IMG/VR virus record: IMGVR_UViG_3300031654_000003
Span: 1 to 57,775 of that record
Reading direction: 5' to 3' (one strand)
From: a virus
Taxonomy: Duplodnaviria > Caudoviricetes
Length of the DNA stretch: 57,775 nt
Numbering within the stretch: the stretch's first letter is position 1; every line of letters starts with the position of its first letter. A program made the position numbers and the translations under genes. The notes beneath the pieces are model-generated. The model searched no databases. It saw only the letters and a program-made list of their open reading frames with translations, and had not been told where the DNA came from. This document shows, piece by piece, positions 43,662-54,127 of the stretch.

Positions 43662-45098
43662 TTATTTTCTTGAGATAGTTACAAATTTGGGCTCAAACTC
43701 ACTCTCTGGGTCTTCCCATTCGGCGGAACTTGCCGCAACGGGCTTTCGCCACAGATACCATCGTTCCACCTCATTGAGAACATCACTTAACCCAACAGAA
43801 TCATGTACGTTAATGAGAAGAAAAACCCCCAAAGGATACATCTCAACTTCATCTTCTAACTGGACATTATCGTGCAGACTTACCAACAAAGGACTCATAC
43901 GACTCAGAGAATAATCAGTAGCAGTCACATCATCCGAAACATTCAGAACCAAAAGCGTAAGTTTTGAATTAGCATTATCAGATAAACTAAGGCTTTCTAC
44001 GACACTGACTTTTAAGAGACTTAAGCACTGTTCTATAAAATCAGTCAGCGATATGTTATCTTCGACACTGATTTTCAGGGGATTACTTTTAACCGTCTTG
44101 TCTTCCGTTAAGGAGACATTATCAGAGACACTAATAATCAAAAAAGACCATAAAACCTTAACATCTTCACTGAGAGATACCGAATCTGACACATCAACTT
44201 TCAGCCATGCCAGATTACCAATCGTGCTTTCAGTCAGGGATATTGATTCGTATGCCTCTGCTTTTAAGGGGCTTAGAAACTGATTTATGCAATCAGCCAG
44301 TGATACGTTATCGTCAACGCTTAATTTAAGGAGAGTCAGGGCTTGATTATTGAAGTCGGATACCGAAACGCTATCGCCCACATTTATAAACAAATAGCCA
44401 ATAATAACATTGAAACCTTCGGACAAAAACACTTCGTCCGATACGTCAATTTTTAGAAGAGATAACTTGCCAGTTATGTAATCGGCCAAAGATACTGAAT
44501 CAAACACGCTTGTTTTCAGCAGGCCAAAAAACCCATTAACATAATCGGTAAGACTGGCACTATCAAAAACCAGCAGTTTCAGCGGATTGACAAATATACT
44601 TAGGTAATCGTTAAGATTAAAGGTATCAAAGACCGACAGCTTCAAAGGGTTGCTCTTGACTGTTTTTTCTTCGGTTAGTGAAACATTGTCGTGAACACTA
44701 ATAAAAATAGGCTTTACATCGTAGAAGTTAAATTCGGACAAATAGAGATTTTTACCTGAAATCGTTTGCTGGACTCTTGCCTTGCTGACTGTCTGCTCAG
44801 AACCTATTTCTATCTCTATCCAAACTCCTTCTGCGGGGTTTGTGACATTGTAAATATTGTGCCAGTCCTCACTATAATAAACATCGACCCTAACGTTGCA
44901 GCCCGAAGTAGTAAATGTTGCGATATAAATTCGTACCTTATTACATACTATGGCTGATGAAAGAAGAAGCTCCAAATATTTGTTGTAATTTGTAAACAGA
45001 TTTGTTGCGAATGTTATGGTACTATCATCGTAGGCGTAATTTTCATACGACCATCCACTATCAGGGTCACTATAACTGGTTGGAGAAATCCATCCCAT
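43662..45098 (-). CDS. Fibre protein: discoidin-like head + about fifteen 21-aa repeats
   Basis: AYDD...T...LSEFNF head; LK.SV.D.VSL.D/E period 21. Confidence 0.7.
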   Translation of the reverse strand: MGWISPTSYSDPDSGWSYENYAYDDSTITFATNLFTNYNKYLELLLSSAIVCNKVRIYIATFTTSGCNVRVDVYYSEDWHNIYNVTNPAEGVWIEIEIGSEQTVSKARVQQTISGKNLYLSEFNFYDVKPIFISVHDNVSLTEEKTVKSNPLKLSVFDTFNLNDYLSIFVNPLKLLVFDSASLTDYVNGFFGLLKTSVFDSVSLADYITGKLSLLKIDVSDEVFLSEGFNVIIGYLFINVGDSVSVSDFNNQALTLLKLSVDDNVSLADCINQFLSPLKAEAYESISLTESTIGNLAWLKVDVSDSVSLSEDVKVLWSFLIISVSDNVSLTEDKTVKSNPLKISVEDNISLTDFIEQCLSLLKVSVVESLSLSDNANSKLTLLVLNVSDDVTATDYSLSRMSPLLVSLHDNVQLEDEVEMYPLGVFLLINVHDSVGLSDVLNEVERWYLWRKPVAASSAEWEDPESEFEPKFVTISRK

Positions 45099-45099
45099 T

Positions 45100-46827
45100 T
45101 TATGTAGTTACCTTAGACCAAGTTACTGAAGAATCGCCTGCCGGCAGCGACCATATCGCAGTTGATTCATCTTCACTTTCCGGCCTTTGCCAACTGGCCG
45201 AATCGGCTCGTCTCCGTATAATATCACTTACCGAAACGGAATCGAAAACGCATATCAAAAGGCCATAAAAAGGCTTTTCAGCAGATACATTGTCACCCAG
45301 CCCAACAACATCGTAAGCGATAACACGAATCGGACCGATAAATACTCTGGACAAAGCATCGACAGCCTGAATGCTATCGTAAACATTGACGTTAATGTTT
45401 AACCTGAAAGTCACTACTGAAACAGCATCCGCCGTTTCAATGCTCTCGTATAGACTTATCAGAAGTGGTGTGACATGACACAGAATACTATCGGAAACCG
45501 TCAAATCTTCGGAAACGCTCAACAATAACAAATTCAATTTCACATCTTCGGAATCAGAGAGAGATATGCTTTCGTCAATACTGATTTTCAGCAGACTTAG
45601 AAATTGGCTTATAGATTCAGTTACAGATACACTGTCATTCACATTCAGTTTAAGCAGATTAAGAAATTGATTGTTGTATTCGGAGACCGAAATATCTTCA
45701 TACAAACTGACCTTTAGCTGTGCTAATCTGGCGGTTAAGTCTTCAGACAAGGATAATTCATCATAGACATCTGCGAAAAGGTAATTGAGAATGATATTAA
45801 CATAATCTGCCAGAGATATATCGTCCGATACGCCGGCTTTCAACTGTGCCAGTCTGTTAGTTATGTCCTCAGTTAAAGATACCGAGTCATACAATTCTAA
45901 TTTTAGCGGATTAAGAAAACTATTGATGTAATCAGCAAGGCTGGATGTATCGTAAACCGATAGTTTTAAGGGATTGCTTTTGATTGTCTCATCTTCAGTC
46001 AGTGAAATGCCGTCGTAAACATTTACCGAAAGCGGGCCGGTCACAACAGAAGTCGCCGCTGTCCATAATTCAATCGGCTCTTGATCAAACATGCAGAATG
46101 GATCTCGGTAAAGTAGAGCAATTTCAGAGGAAGACAAGGCGCGATTGTAAATTGATACATGACTAATCAGTCCTTTCCATATATTATCTACAACCACGCC
46201 TCTTGAGTTACCATTACCAAAGTGAAGTTCTTCGCCGACATCCAAATTCCCAGCGGCAGTATGACCGCTCGCACTTGCTACCAAGACTCCATCCAAGTAA
46301 AAATACATACCTGCTGGATTAAGTACGACTATAATTTGATGCCATAAATTATCGGCTTCGATAGTAGTGTAAGATACAAGGTCAAAACCAGCACCCCCAT
46401 CTCCGCGTATTCTAAAATATAACTTATTTGCTGTACCAGTTATAGCCCCTGTATTGTCATCAAGACCAATTTGTAACACAGGGTCATAAGTTCCTGCCTC
46501 ATAAGTCATGCTGACAAGTTCCTGATAATCTGTCGATGTTGCAATATTTTTAGCATAAGCAACAATAGTCAATCCTCGACCAGCTGTAATGCTGCCAAAG
46601 TTATAAATGAATTTAGAATCCACGTAATCTGTCAGGTTTGCGATTTGAATTGCTGAACCATATTTTCCAGATGACCAAGAGCCAACTAAATCACCAGATG
46701 GATAACGGCCGCTCGCATCAAAGACCTTACCACCGCTTCCTTCATTAAAAAGCCAGCATCCGACAAGACCACGCGAGAGCGGATGTCCTCTATTTACTCG
46801 AATAAATTTTTGAGGTTTCAGTATCAT
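45100..46827 (-). CDS. Fibre protein: LamG/ConA-like head + 21-aa repeats
   Basis: LVGCWLFNEGSG, WHQI, FYLDG, IYNRALS..EI..LY; same repeat. Confidence 0.8.
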   Translation of the reverse strand: MILKPQKFIRVNRGHPLSRGLVGCWLFNEGSGGKVFDASGRYPSGDLVGSWSSGKYGSAIQIANLTDYVDSKFIYNFGSITAGRGLTIVAYAKNIATSTDYQELVSMTYEAGTYDPVLQIGLDDNTGAITGTANKLYFRIRGDGGAGFDLVSYTTIEADNLWHQIIVVLNPAGMYFYLDGVLVASASGHTAAGNLDVGEELHFGNGNSRGVVVDNIWKGLISHVSIYNRALSSSEIALLYRDPFCMFDQEPIELWTAATSVVTGPLSVNVYDGISLTEDETIKSNPLKLSVYDTSSLADYINSFLNPLKLELYDSVSLTEDITNRLAQLKAGVSDDISLADYVNIILNYLFADVYDELSLSEDLTARLAQLKVSLYEDISVSEYNNQFLNLLKLNVNDSVSVTESISQFLSLLKISIDESISLSDSEDVKLNLLLLSVSEDLTVSDSILCHVTPLLISLYESIETADAVSVVTFRLNINVNVYDSIQAVDALSRVFIGPIRVIAYDVVGLGDNVSAEKPFYGLLICVFDSVSVSDIIRRRADSASWQRPESEDESTAIWSLPAGDSSVTWSKVTT

Positions 46828-46831
46828 AATT

Positions 46832-47242
46832 TTATGAAGCTACCGGAATCGTAGCAGTGCGATACCTTGTTGTGATGGTTACGGCACTGCTTTCTGTAGT
46901 ATTATTCCAGTCGTGCATAACCTTGAACTTGCCATATTGTCGCGGGTCAACGAAAATACGTTCTCTCCTTGTTGCATTTTGAGTAAATACCATCTCAGGG
47001 CCATTTACGATATCCGCTTGAACTTGATACGTTTCGTTACACTCACCGAGAATAGCTATCTCAAGCCCTCCCGTTGCTTTAGCATGGTCGGAATAGGTAG
47101 CCTCTATCGAGACTTCGCATCCTGCTTTGCCATCAAGGTCTATTTCATCACTAATTTCAAGAATCGTGCCAGCAGTTGTTAATGTAACTGCCTCAACTCC
47201 ACATTGTGCCCATGCTCCCCAGTTATATCCTGTATCAGCCAT
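46832..47242 (-). CDS. Small beta-rich structural protein
   Basis: Jelly-roll-like composition; precedes LamG fibre. Confidence 0.55.
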   Translation of the reverse strand: MADTGYNWGAWAQCGVEAVTLTTAGTILEISDEIDLDGKAGCEVSIEATYSDHAKATGGLEIAILGECNETYQVQADIVNGPEMVFTQNATRRERIFVDPRQYGKFKVMHDWNNTTESSAVTITTRYRTATIPVAS

Positions 47243-47260
47243 CTTTCTTCCTTTCTTGAG

Positions 47261-48085
47261 CTATAATAGCGGGTACTGTCGGCCCGTTTGAAGGTCTATG
47301 TGGCGACAGAAAATGTTCGTATCGCAGAGGAACGGATATTTCTTTCTGCCTATTTTCGGCCAGCCGGAACGCCTAAGAACATTCTGCTCTATTACACGCT
47401 TGCACCATGCGAGGTCTGATGTCCCCGCTTCCTGTTTCCAGCCGTGATTACTGGCGTCAAACCATGACCTGCCAGGCGTTTCAAATATCTTTCGAACCTT
47501 TCGCGGCGGGTTTATGCCTACAACATATTCCTCACTCTCCTGCCACATTAACTTCAGGATTGAGCAATGAATCAAAAGACAGCCGGTAGGCACACCATCC
47601 GCCCATACTTTCTCGCCTAACTTGAAGCCATCAAAAGCACCGTTGCCATGTCCACGATAGAGTACAGGCTCCTTATGCGGAGTCTTTAGATAGTAAAGAC
47701 CACTGACAACCGGAATCGTAGCGTCTTTCATGTAGTGATTGAGCCTGATAAACAGGTCGGGCGGAACAATTACATCGTCCTCATGCAATAAAACCCATTC
47801 ATAGTTCTGGCGGATAGCCTCGTCCGCGATAACATTCTGGGCATCGGCAACGAGATAGTGCATGGGGATAACAGCACCTATCCCGCAGGACAAATGACCA
47901 GCAGACCAGTTACAGGGCACTATCTGACTGTAGCGGGCGACAGACCATTCCAAACGCACAATTCCCAAAGAGGCTGTGCCTATCAGAATCCTATTTCTCG
48001 GATTGCCGTTCGCTCCGCTGTAAATCAGCTTTGTTTTTTCTCTTGATTTCGACTTTGCACGCATCGCTAATACTCGCTCTATCAC
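47261..48085 (-). CDS. GT-A fold (GT2-like) glycosyltransferase
   Basis: LLHEDDV, VVSGLY, GCLLI, SDLAWC. Confidence 0.8.
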   Translation of the reverse strand: MIERVLAMRAKSKSREKTKLIYSGANGNPRNRILIGTASLGIVRLEWSVARYSQIVPCNWSAGHLSCGIGAVIPMHYLVADAQNVIADEAIRQNYEWVLLHEDDVIVPPDLFIRLNHYMKDATIPVVSGLYYLKTPHKEPVLYRGHGNGAFDGFKLGEKVWADGVPTGCLLIHCSILKLMWQESEEYVVGINPPRKVRKIFETPGRSWFDASNHGWKQEAGTSDLAWCKRVIEQNVLRRSGWPKIGRKKYPFLCDTNIFCRHIDLQTGRQYPLL

Positions 48086-48285
48086 TTGGAGTTTTGGTTT
48101 TCGGTATCAATTTGATAATCAATGTTTTCATTTAAGTATCTGTAATTCTTAGTTTTTCTTCTTGCCAATTATCAGGGTATTTTGACTTAAGATATTCGTC
48201 CCCAAATATTGTAAAGGTTAGTTTTTCTACATCTTTATCTGATTCTTCTTCATTGTCTTTTATGACAATATGACAATGCCGTATT

Positions 48286-48780
48286 TCATTTTGCATTTTT
48301 ACGTGGCTCCAAAATAACTTCTATACAGCCTACCGGATTAGGCATATTTCTAACTATCTTCCAGGGCTTTGTGCCGATAGGAGCATGGACAAAATAAGCA
48401 TAATCAGGGTCAAAGAAAGTAAACGTCAATTCGTTAGGACAGCCGTAATGGGCAGGGTGAGCAGCATCAAGATAGGTTCCGGCATAAGGGCAAGAAATCA
48501 AAAGCTGACCGTCCGGCTGAATTATCCGCCACAGTTCGTCCATCACAGCGAACCGATACTTCGGCTCTATATGCTCCCAGCAGTGCGATAGCAAGACCTG
48601 AAAGCATGAATTGCTCGGCACAGGCCAGGGAATCTTCTGAATGTCGTGGACAATATCAACACCAGGCAGTTTTTGAATATCAAGCCCTATCCAGCCCTTC
48701 TGAACATTAAATCCGGCTCCCACGTCCAGTCTTGCCCCAGACTTTTTCTTGAAAAGTTTGTTGTATTTTTTAGCTGGCAT
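48286..48780 (-). CDS. SAM-dependent methyltransferase
   Basis: LDVGAG, GLDI, SH.WEHI, ELWRI.QPDG. Confidence 0.88.
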   Translation of the reverse strand: MPAKKYNKLFKKKSGARLDVGAGFNVQKGWIGLDIQKLPGVDIVHDIQKIPWPVPSNSCFQVLLSHCWEHIEPKYRFAVMDELWRIIQPDGQLLISCPYAGTYLDAAHPAHYGCPNELTFTFFDPDYAYFVHAPIGTKPWKIVRNMPNPVGCIEVILEPRKNAK

Positions 48781-48803
48781 TGCAAACCTATTATTTAAGA
48801 TAT

Positions 48804-49271
48804 TTAAGAGGTAGTATATCTCAATTCGTAACTGCAGTTGATATCCTGGTCAGTTCCGAGCGAGGATGAGGCAAACGTATTACCAGCAATTATGCTGCCA
48901 TCCGAAGCTGCAAACACACCGATATTCTTCAAGGCCGCCACTGAGCCGAGTGTACCATCAAAAGAAACGGACATACGAGCGGTAAGACTGCTCAGTATAG
49001 ATGAGTATGCAAACTCTGACCAATACTTGCTCAGGCTGCCATCCAGTTCTACTGCGCTCGAAGCAGGAACATCGCCCGTACCCAAAAGAAGCCCTGCCGC
49101 CTGTACTGAAGCCGCATTCCCTATAGGTGCTGCACAAATGCAGTTATTAAGACCGTAATTGGTAATCTGGTTTTTCGCCCATCCGCTATCGCCGCGTATT
49201 TTGCCAGTTTTCTTATCGACAATCTGGACACGGAAGAAACCATTTAAACTAATCCTGTCATTCTTTCTCAT
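48804..49271 (-). CDS. Structural protein (fibre-associated)
   Basis: G.F..Q...NQITNYGL...GTG...L...IGVF...G. Confidence 0.6.
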   Translation of the reverse strand: MRKNDRISLNGFFRVQIVDKKTGKIRGDSGWAKNQITNYGLNNCICAAPIGNAASVQAAGLLLGTGDVPASSAVELDGSLSKYWSEFAYSSILSSLTARMSVSFDGTLGSVAALKNIGVFAASDGSIIAGNTFASSSLGTDQDINCSYELRYTTS

Positions 49272-49420
49272 TGTTATTTTCTCCTTAAGTTACTGTGTTT
49301 TTTCTTTTGGTATATTTTCTTTTTTGCCTGACTGGTTCAAGCTGACTATATTCAATAAAATCTAAAGGTTTTACTGTGACTACCTTTTTTGGAGGGTCTG
49401 TTTCAAAATAAATACCACCA

Positions 49421-51028
49421 TCAATTATTTTTGGGTCTGTCATCTTTCCACCTTTTGTAATGTTTCAAAAATGCTTTATAAACTGTTTCCGCCCGTATAT
49501 TGTGGGCACATCTTACGACTTCTACATCCAGCATCCCCTTGCCTTCAGGATTGGGTATTTTCAGTATCTCTTTGGGACAGCTATTAGTGTAGATTAATTT
49601 ATGGCAGGGGTGACACTTGCAGTTTTCCGGCTTGAGACTCGTGCAATTCTGCCAGTATTTTGTTAAGTTTTCCTCGGAAGAATGACTCAAAAATACTATC
49701 TTGGGCGTGTTGTAGCACGAAGCAGCGTTGAGTATTCCAGTCTCCGGCCCTATTACAAGGTCTGCATACTTTGTCAGCAGCATTGCATCCCGAACGGTAA
49801 TGACACCGGCTTTGGGTATGACATTTTTGCCTCTCGGCTCTATCTTCTGGCAATCGGTATCACCGACCATGACGATTCTTACATCATCGTGGTTCTTGGC
49901 GATTTCACCAACGATAAAAGGCGTCCAGGGATAATGCTTGTGAAAAGATGAGCCACACAAAGACCATTCAATCAGAAAGTAATCTTTAAGTGCATGACGG
50001 AAACTTCTGACCATGTATTCTTCAAGTTCTGTGAAATGAAGTTCCGGCAACTGGCCTTTCATCTTCGGAAAACCGGCGACCTCCATAGTCTTGTCTATGT
50101 AGTTCACATTGCATTCCATGTGCCTTTTATTGTGTGGCCAGTCAAAAGCATCCGTACCCTCCAGCTTCAAGAGGCTTCCCTCGACCGAGCCACTGAAGTT
50201 CACGACCTTTTCAAACCCTTGCCCTATCTCTTTCCAGTATTCACCCAATTCATCAATCGGGATTACATCTTTAGGCTGAATCAGAAATTCATCTATATAC
50301 GGACATTCCCTAAGTACCTGTGCGGAATACTCGGTACAGTTATAAACGATGTGATAGCCCTGTTTCTTTAGCTCTCTAAGTGCGGGAGTCACCCATACGG
50401 CATCACCCAGAGCACCTAACCTAACTATAAGACATTCCTTATTCGTTACTTTCTTACGAGGGAAAACAAGCGACTTGTATCCATTTGGCTTAAATAATAG
50501 CTCAAAAGGTCTGCGAAGCAGTGATACCTTCTTTTGGCATACAAGTAACCAACTATATTCATTTGATTCGTTATGTCGTGTAGCTGAAATGAGTTTTGCA
50601 TTACCGAACTTCTCGATAATCTTCCAGACATCCTGCCAGTGAAGGTCTCTTTTATGGTTCGGATTAGCTCCTGCCGTTCCGATTCGAGGATAATAATCCG
50701 GGTCGGGCCCGTAAAGAATCAGATAGCCCCCATACCTTATAACCCTCCACCACTCAGACAATGCCCCTTTTATATCGTAAAGGTCTTCGAGACAATGCGA
50801 ACTAAAGACATAGTCGAAATAATCGTTACTGAATATCTTAAGAGCCTCCGGCAAGCTAAGGTCAATAGCCATCTGTGCAGCTTCACCTGCAATGTCAATT
50901 CCTATGGCTTGCGGGCAGACCTTTTCATTGGCACATCCTAAATCAAGGCCAACTCCCTTGAGGTAGCTTACAATTCTATGCCTGCATTTGCGGACTTCGA
51001 GACCCTGAGATAATTCAAGAGACCACAT
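49421..51028 (-). CDS. Methyltransferase-GT9 (heptosyltransferase-like) fusion
   Basis: LDLGC, FDYVFSSHCLED; RLGALGD, ADLVIGPETG, CHPC. Confidence 0.88.
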   Translation of the reverse strand: MWSLELSQGLEVRKCRHRIVSYLKGVGLDLGCANEKVCPQAIGIDIAGEAAQMAIDLSLPEALKIFSNDYFDYVFSSHCLEDLYDIKGALSEWWRVIRYGGYLILYGPDPDYYPRIGTAGANPNHKRDLHWQDVWKIIEKFGNAKLISATRHNESNEYSWLLVCQKKVSLLRRPFELLFKPNGYKSLVFPRKKVTNKECLIVRLGALGDAVWVTPALRELKKQGYHIVYNCTEYSAQVLRECPYIDEFLIQPKDVIPIDELGEYWKEIGQGFEKVVNFSGSVEGSLLKLEGTDAFDWPHNKRHMECNVNYIDKTMEVAGFPKMKGQLPELHFTELEEYMVRSFRHALKDYFLIEWSLCGSSFHKHYPWTPFIVGEIAKNHDDVRIVMVGDTDCQKIEPRGKNVIPKAGVITVRDAMLLTKYADLVIGPETGILNAASCYNTPKIVFLSHSSEENLTKYWQNCTSLKPENCKCHPCHKLIYTNSCPKEILKIPNPEGKGMLDVEVVRCAHNIRAETVYKAFLKHYKRWKDDRPKNN

Positions 51029-51190
51029 AATATTTTCTTGCTACTTGTTTGTTTAAGATTTTCTGCATCGCTTACATTTGACGTGATTTCTTTTATCTGT
51101 CAAATCATCTGGTATCCAGCAAAGTGCGCCACAAGCAGCTACCCAACGATTCTTAAATCTTTTCGCATAATGTTTCATTATTTACCTTTC

Positions 51191-52132
51191 TTAGAATAAC
51201 TCCTCTATCTGCGGGTAAATTAAACTTGTATCGTATTTGCTTACGAAATTAAGATAATCAAAAGAATCGTAATCGCCCTCTAATATTTCGAGGGCTTCAT
51301 CTATCGTGTTAAAGATAAGGTTTTCAGGGAAAAGGTCTTTAGCTCCAGGCCAATTATGTATTAAAGGCTTTATGCCGACCGCCATGCTTTCAATAATTGC
51401 ATTTGGGTGACCTTCGACAATGCTCGTATTCAAACTGAAGCTCTTATCTGCCAGAAAGCCCTGAACATCATCATAATTCTTCATCGGGGCGATTCGGTTC
51501 TCTGCTCTCATAGCTTTTGTAATGCTGTCGAAATAAAATCCGGTTCGCGGATCGCCCTTCGTGCCAGCCGGATAAATCGAGTAGTCATAAGGCATATAGA
51601 AAGCGAACTGAGCCAAAAGCTGAACGCCTTTTTTGTAGCAAAGACTGTTTACCCATGCTATTTTCTTGTTCGGACTTCTCTTTACAAACTTCCATTCATC
51701 GAGGTCGATAGCATTGGGTATAAAATGAGTGGGCGTCTTAAAGCCGTCCTTGATACCTGCGGCGGAGTTAAGCGAATCTGCATTTGCAAGAAAACACTTT
51801 CTTATAGAATCATTGACGAAAATCAGATGGTCAATATTAGGCCAGTTTATCTGCCAGGGATACGGAGTGTCCCAGAGTTCATAGCTTCGCAGGTATGCAA
51901 TGTACTTTTTGCCTTTTTTCTTTTTCTGCTCGCTGCAATGCTTGAGAAAGCCATCCGACCACATGAAAAAGACAATATCCGCCCAATCAATTACATCTTC
52001 AGTATTTTTACCATTTACTTGTCTTGGGTATTTATAGACCTTGACATCGTATTTCTGGCCGAAGTATGTCTTGAAATACCTCAGCCAACAGTTCTCCCAA
52101 GGGCTGCAAAGTAAGATTTTTGTTTTAGGCAT
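51191..52132 (-). CDS. GT-B (GT4-like) glycosyltransferase
   Basis: IPNAID, KKG, TSIVEGHPNAIIESMAVG. Confidence 0.88.
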   Translation of the reverse strand: MPKTKILLCSPWENCWLRYFKTYFGQKYDVKVYKYPRQVNGKNTEDVIDWADIVFFMWSDGFLKHCSEQKKKKGKKYIAYLRSYELWDTPYPWQINWPNIDHLIFVNDSIRKCFLANADSLNSAAGIKDGFKTPTHFIPNAIDLDEWKFVKRSPNKKIAWVNSLCYKKGVQLLAQFAFYMPYDYSIYPAGTKGDPRTGFYFDSITKAMRAENRIAPMKNYDDVQGFLADKSFSLNTSIVEGHPNAIIESMAVGIKPLIHNWPGAKDLFPENLIFNTIDEALEILEGDYDSFDYLNFVSKYDTSLIYPQIEELF

Positions 52133-52137
52133 GGTCT

Positions 52138-53502
52138 TTAAGCTACTTCCAAAATGGGATGCTGGGCAATTTTAGATATCTGGCTCATAGATTCTTCAAT
52201 GGTGACTAAATCTGTATAGTCTATGTCTGTGCCAGTTTCTAATTTCTTGAATAGTGCATAGTAATAAAACATCTCCTCAAAAGGCTTGTCCTTCATCAAA
52301 GAGGACAGGTATGTAAGCATCATAACTGTATTATCAACACGAGGTTCAAACCGAATGGATTCCCATAGCTTGAAGAGTGTACCCTTTCTGGTAAAATCAT
52401 GTGTCAATTCATTACCACGCAGCATCATGGTATTGTCCTGACCACTATGGACAAACCAGTCGTGCTTGAAAATATTGGCTATGATTTGCCTGCTCAAACG
52501 CTGGTTATAAAGACTATTGGCTACGCCTTTAGGCAATCTTTCAGCTATGATTTCAAGATTTCTGGTCACTGACGTTTCCAAATATGGACATCGTGAGAAA
52601 GGCGGTTCAAGCTCCCACTGAATGATTCGCCAGTCACTATCAAACGAGACGGAGCATACATTCTCATCCAGCCTGAAAGAATGACTTGGAATATTAATTG
52701 TATTCAGGAACCGATTCAGGCCGAAGAAATAACGTATATCAAGCTTGTTCTGCACAAAGTCCATCCAGTACCGGATAACTTCATTCTTCATCTCGCCGAG
52801 CGAGGCCGTATTGCAGAATAGCTCAAAGTGACTATCAAGAACTACATCCACAAACTTAGTGGGAATAAAGATAAAATCGTAATAATCAAGAGCATTTTCA
52901 GCAGCATCCATTGAGGTTACATAGTAAGCCCTCGCATTAGGAAAATTCAGTCTCAAAAAAAGCGAAGAAAAGTAAAGTGCTTCAGGTATATCTACAATAA
53001 AATAGCTGACATGAGGAAAGAACAGTTTCATCGTGCGGGCAAGTCCACCGTAACCTGCTCCAAGCTCGATAACATTAAAATTATCACAGGAGAACTGGCA
53101 ATATTTCTGTATCTCTAAACTCAGAGCAACTGTACGCAGAAAGTCCGGCGACAACATACGACCGCATCCACGCATTACACAATTCTGCGGGTTGGAGACG
53201 AAGGATTCCTGTATTGAAAAATCCAAATCATTCAGACCATGCAGATAATCAACATACCAGTCCACCATCCTGTTTTTCAGGTCTGTATTTGGCGTGTTAA
53301 CCAAGAACATATCCGTGTTTTGGACGGCATTAATCTTTTCTTCAGCACTATCATCCCTGTAAATAATCTCCTGAAGTTTACCTATATTGGAACCACCCCA
53401 GAAATAGTTCAGGGGATATGACTTCTCATATCCAGTTTCTTTGTAGATAGACTTTATGTTCTCGAAAAACTTTTTAGTCTCTTGGAGAATGTCATTTGCC
53501 AT
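52138..53502 (-). CDS. Putative sugar O-methyltransferase
   Basis: VIELGAGYGGLA, IVDIPE.L, FCNTASLGEM. Confidence 0.8.
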   Translation of the reverse strand: MANDILQETKKFFENIKSIYKETGYEKSYPLNYFWGGSNIGKLQEIIYRDDSAEEKINAVQNTDMFLVNTPNTDLKNRMVDWYVDYLHGLNDLDFSIQESFVSNPQNCVMRGCGRMLSPDFLRTVALSLEIQKYCQFSCDNFNVIELGAGYGGLARTMKLFFPHVSYFIVDIPEALYFSSLFLRLNFPNARAYYVTSMDAAENALDYYDFIFIPTKFVDVVLDSHFELFCNTASLGEMKNEVIRYWMDFVQNKLDIRYFFGLNRFLNTINIPSHSFRLDENVCSVSFDSDWRIIQWELEPPFSRCPYLETSVTRNLEIIAERLPKGVANSLYNQRLSRQIIANIFKHDWFVHSGQDNTMMLRGNELTHDFTRKGTLFKLWESIRFEPRVDNTVMMLTYLSSLMKDKPFEEMFYYYALFKKLETGTDIDYTDLVTIEESMSQISKIAQHPILEVA

Positions 53503-54127
53503 AGTGTATCGAGTAATACTGCTTGCCGAACTCTGCTCTCAATCTATCTATCTCCTGATGGGCTTCTTTACGCCGCTTGGTGGAGATAGCACCATCCCAT
53601 CTGCGGTACATTACGAGGGGAACACTGATTCGTTTGAACTTCAGACCTTTGCGATAAAGCTCGAACCAGAACAGATACTCAGCCATTATCGGGTAATCTT
53701 CACGGAATCGAGAATCGCCTATTTTCTCCCGCCTGACGGCCGTACTGAAGGTGTCGATGTAATTGCCGTAATTGGTAAGGAAATCAATATTAAACGGCGG
53801 GGGAGATGAAATCTTGTTGAATCTGTTTTTCTCATTGATTCCGATATAGCCTGCATAGAAAACATCAAAATCCTTATACTTATCCGCGTACATGGCAAGG
53901 ATTTCACACTTTTCGAGCAGCAGCACATCATCGTCATACGCCCATGTAATTAGCTCGCCCTGTGCCGTATCCAGAGCTTTATTGGTTATTTCGCTGGTCG
54001 TAAGACCAGGTTCCGTGACCTTTATGACCTCAATGTCCTTGAGTGTTTGGTATCTTACTGATTCGTCCGCCAGCTTGCTCATCCAGTTGTCCCGTATAGA
54101 GGGGTATACAATTGTCATTTTTGGCAT
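53492..54127 (-). CDS. GT2 glycosyltransferase
   Basis: NKALDTAQGELITWAYDDD, AEYLFW. Confidence 0.88.
   Translation of the reverse strand: MPKMTIVYPSIRDNWMSKLADESVRYQTLKDIEVIKVTEPGLTTSEITNKALDTAQGELITWAYDDDVLLLEKCEILAMYADKYKDFDVFYAGYIGINEKNRFNKISSPPPFNIDFLTNYGNYIDTFSTAVRREKIGDSRFREDYPIMAEYLFWFELYRKGLKFKRISVPLVMYRRWDGAISTKRRKEAHQEIDRLRAEFGKQYYSIHYGK

Noticed and set aside
43662-46827. Diversity-generating retroelement target
   Set aside because: No reverse transcriptase and no adenine-specific TR/VR pair seen; repeats are degenerate protein-level repeats
51407-52114. 235-aa plus-strand ORF antisense to a GT
   Set aside because: No recognisable domain or expression signals; shows long antisense frames can arise by chance, unlike the HNH case where both strands have independent support
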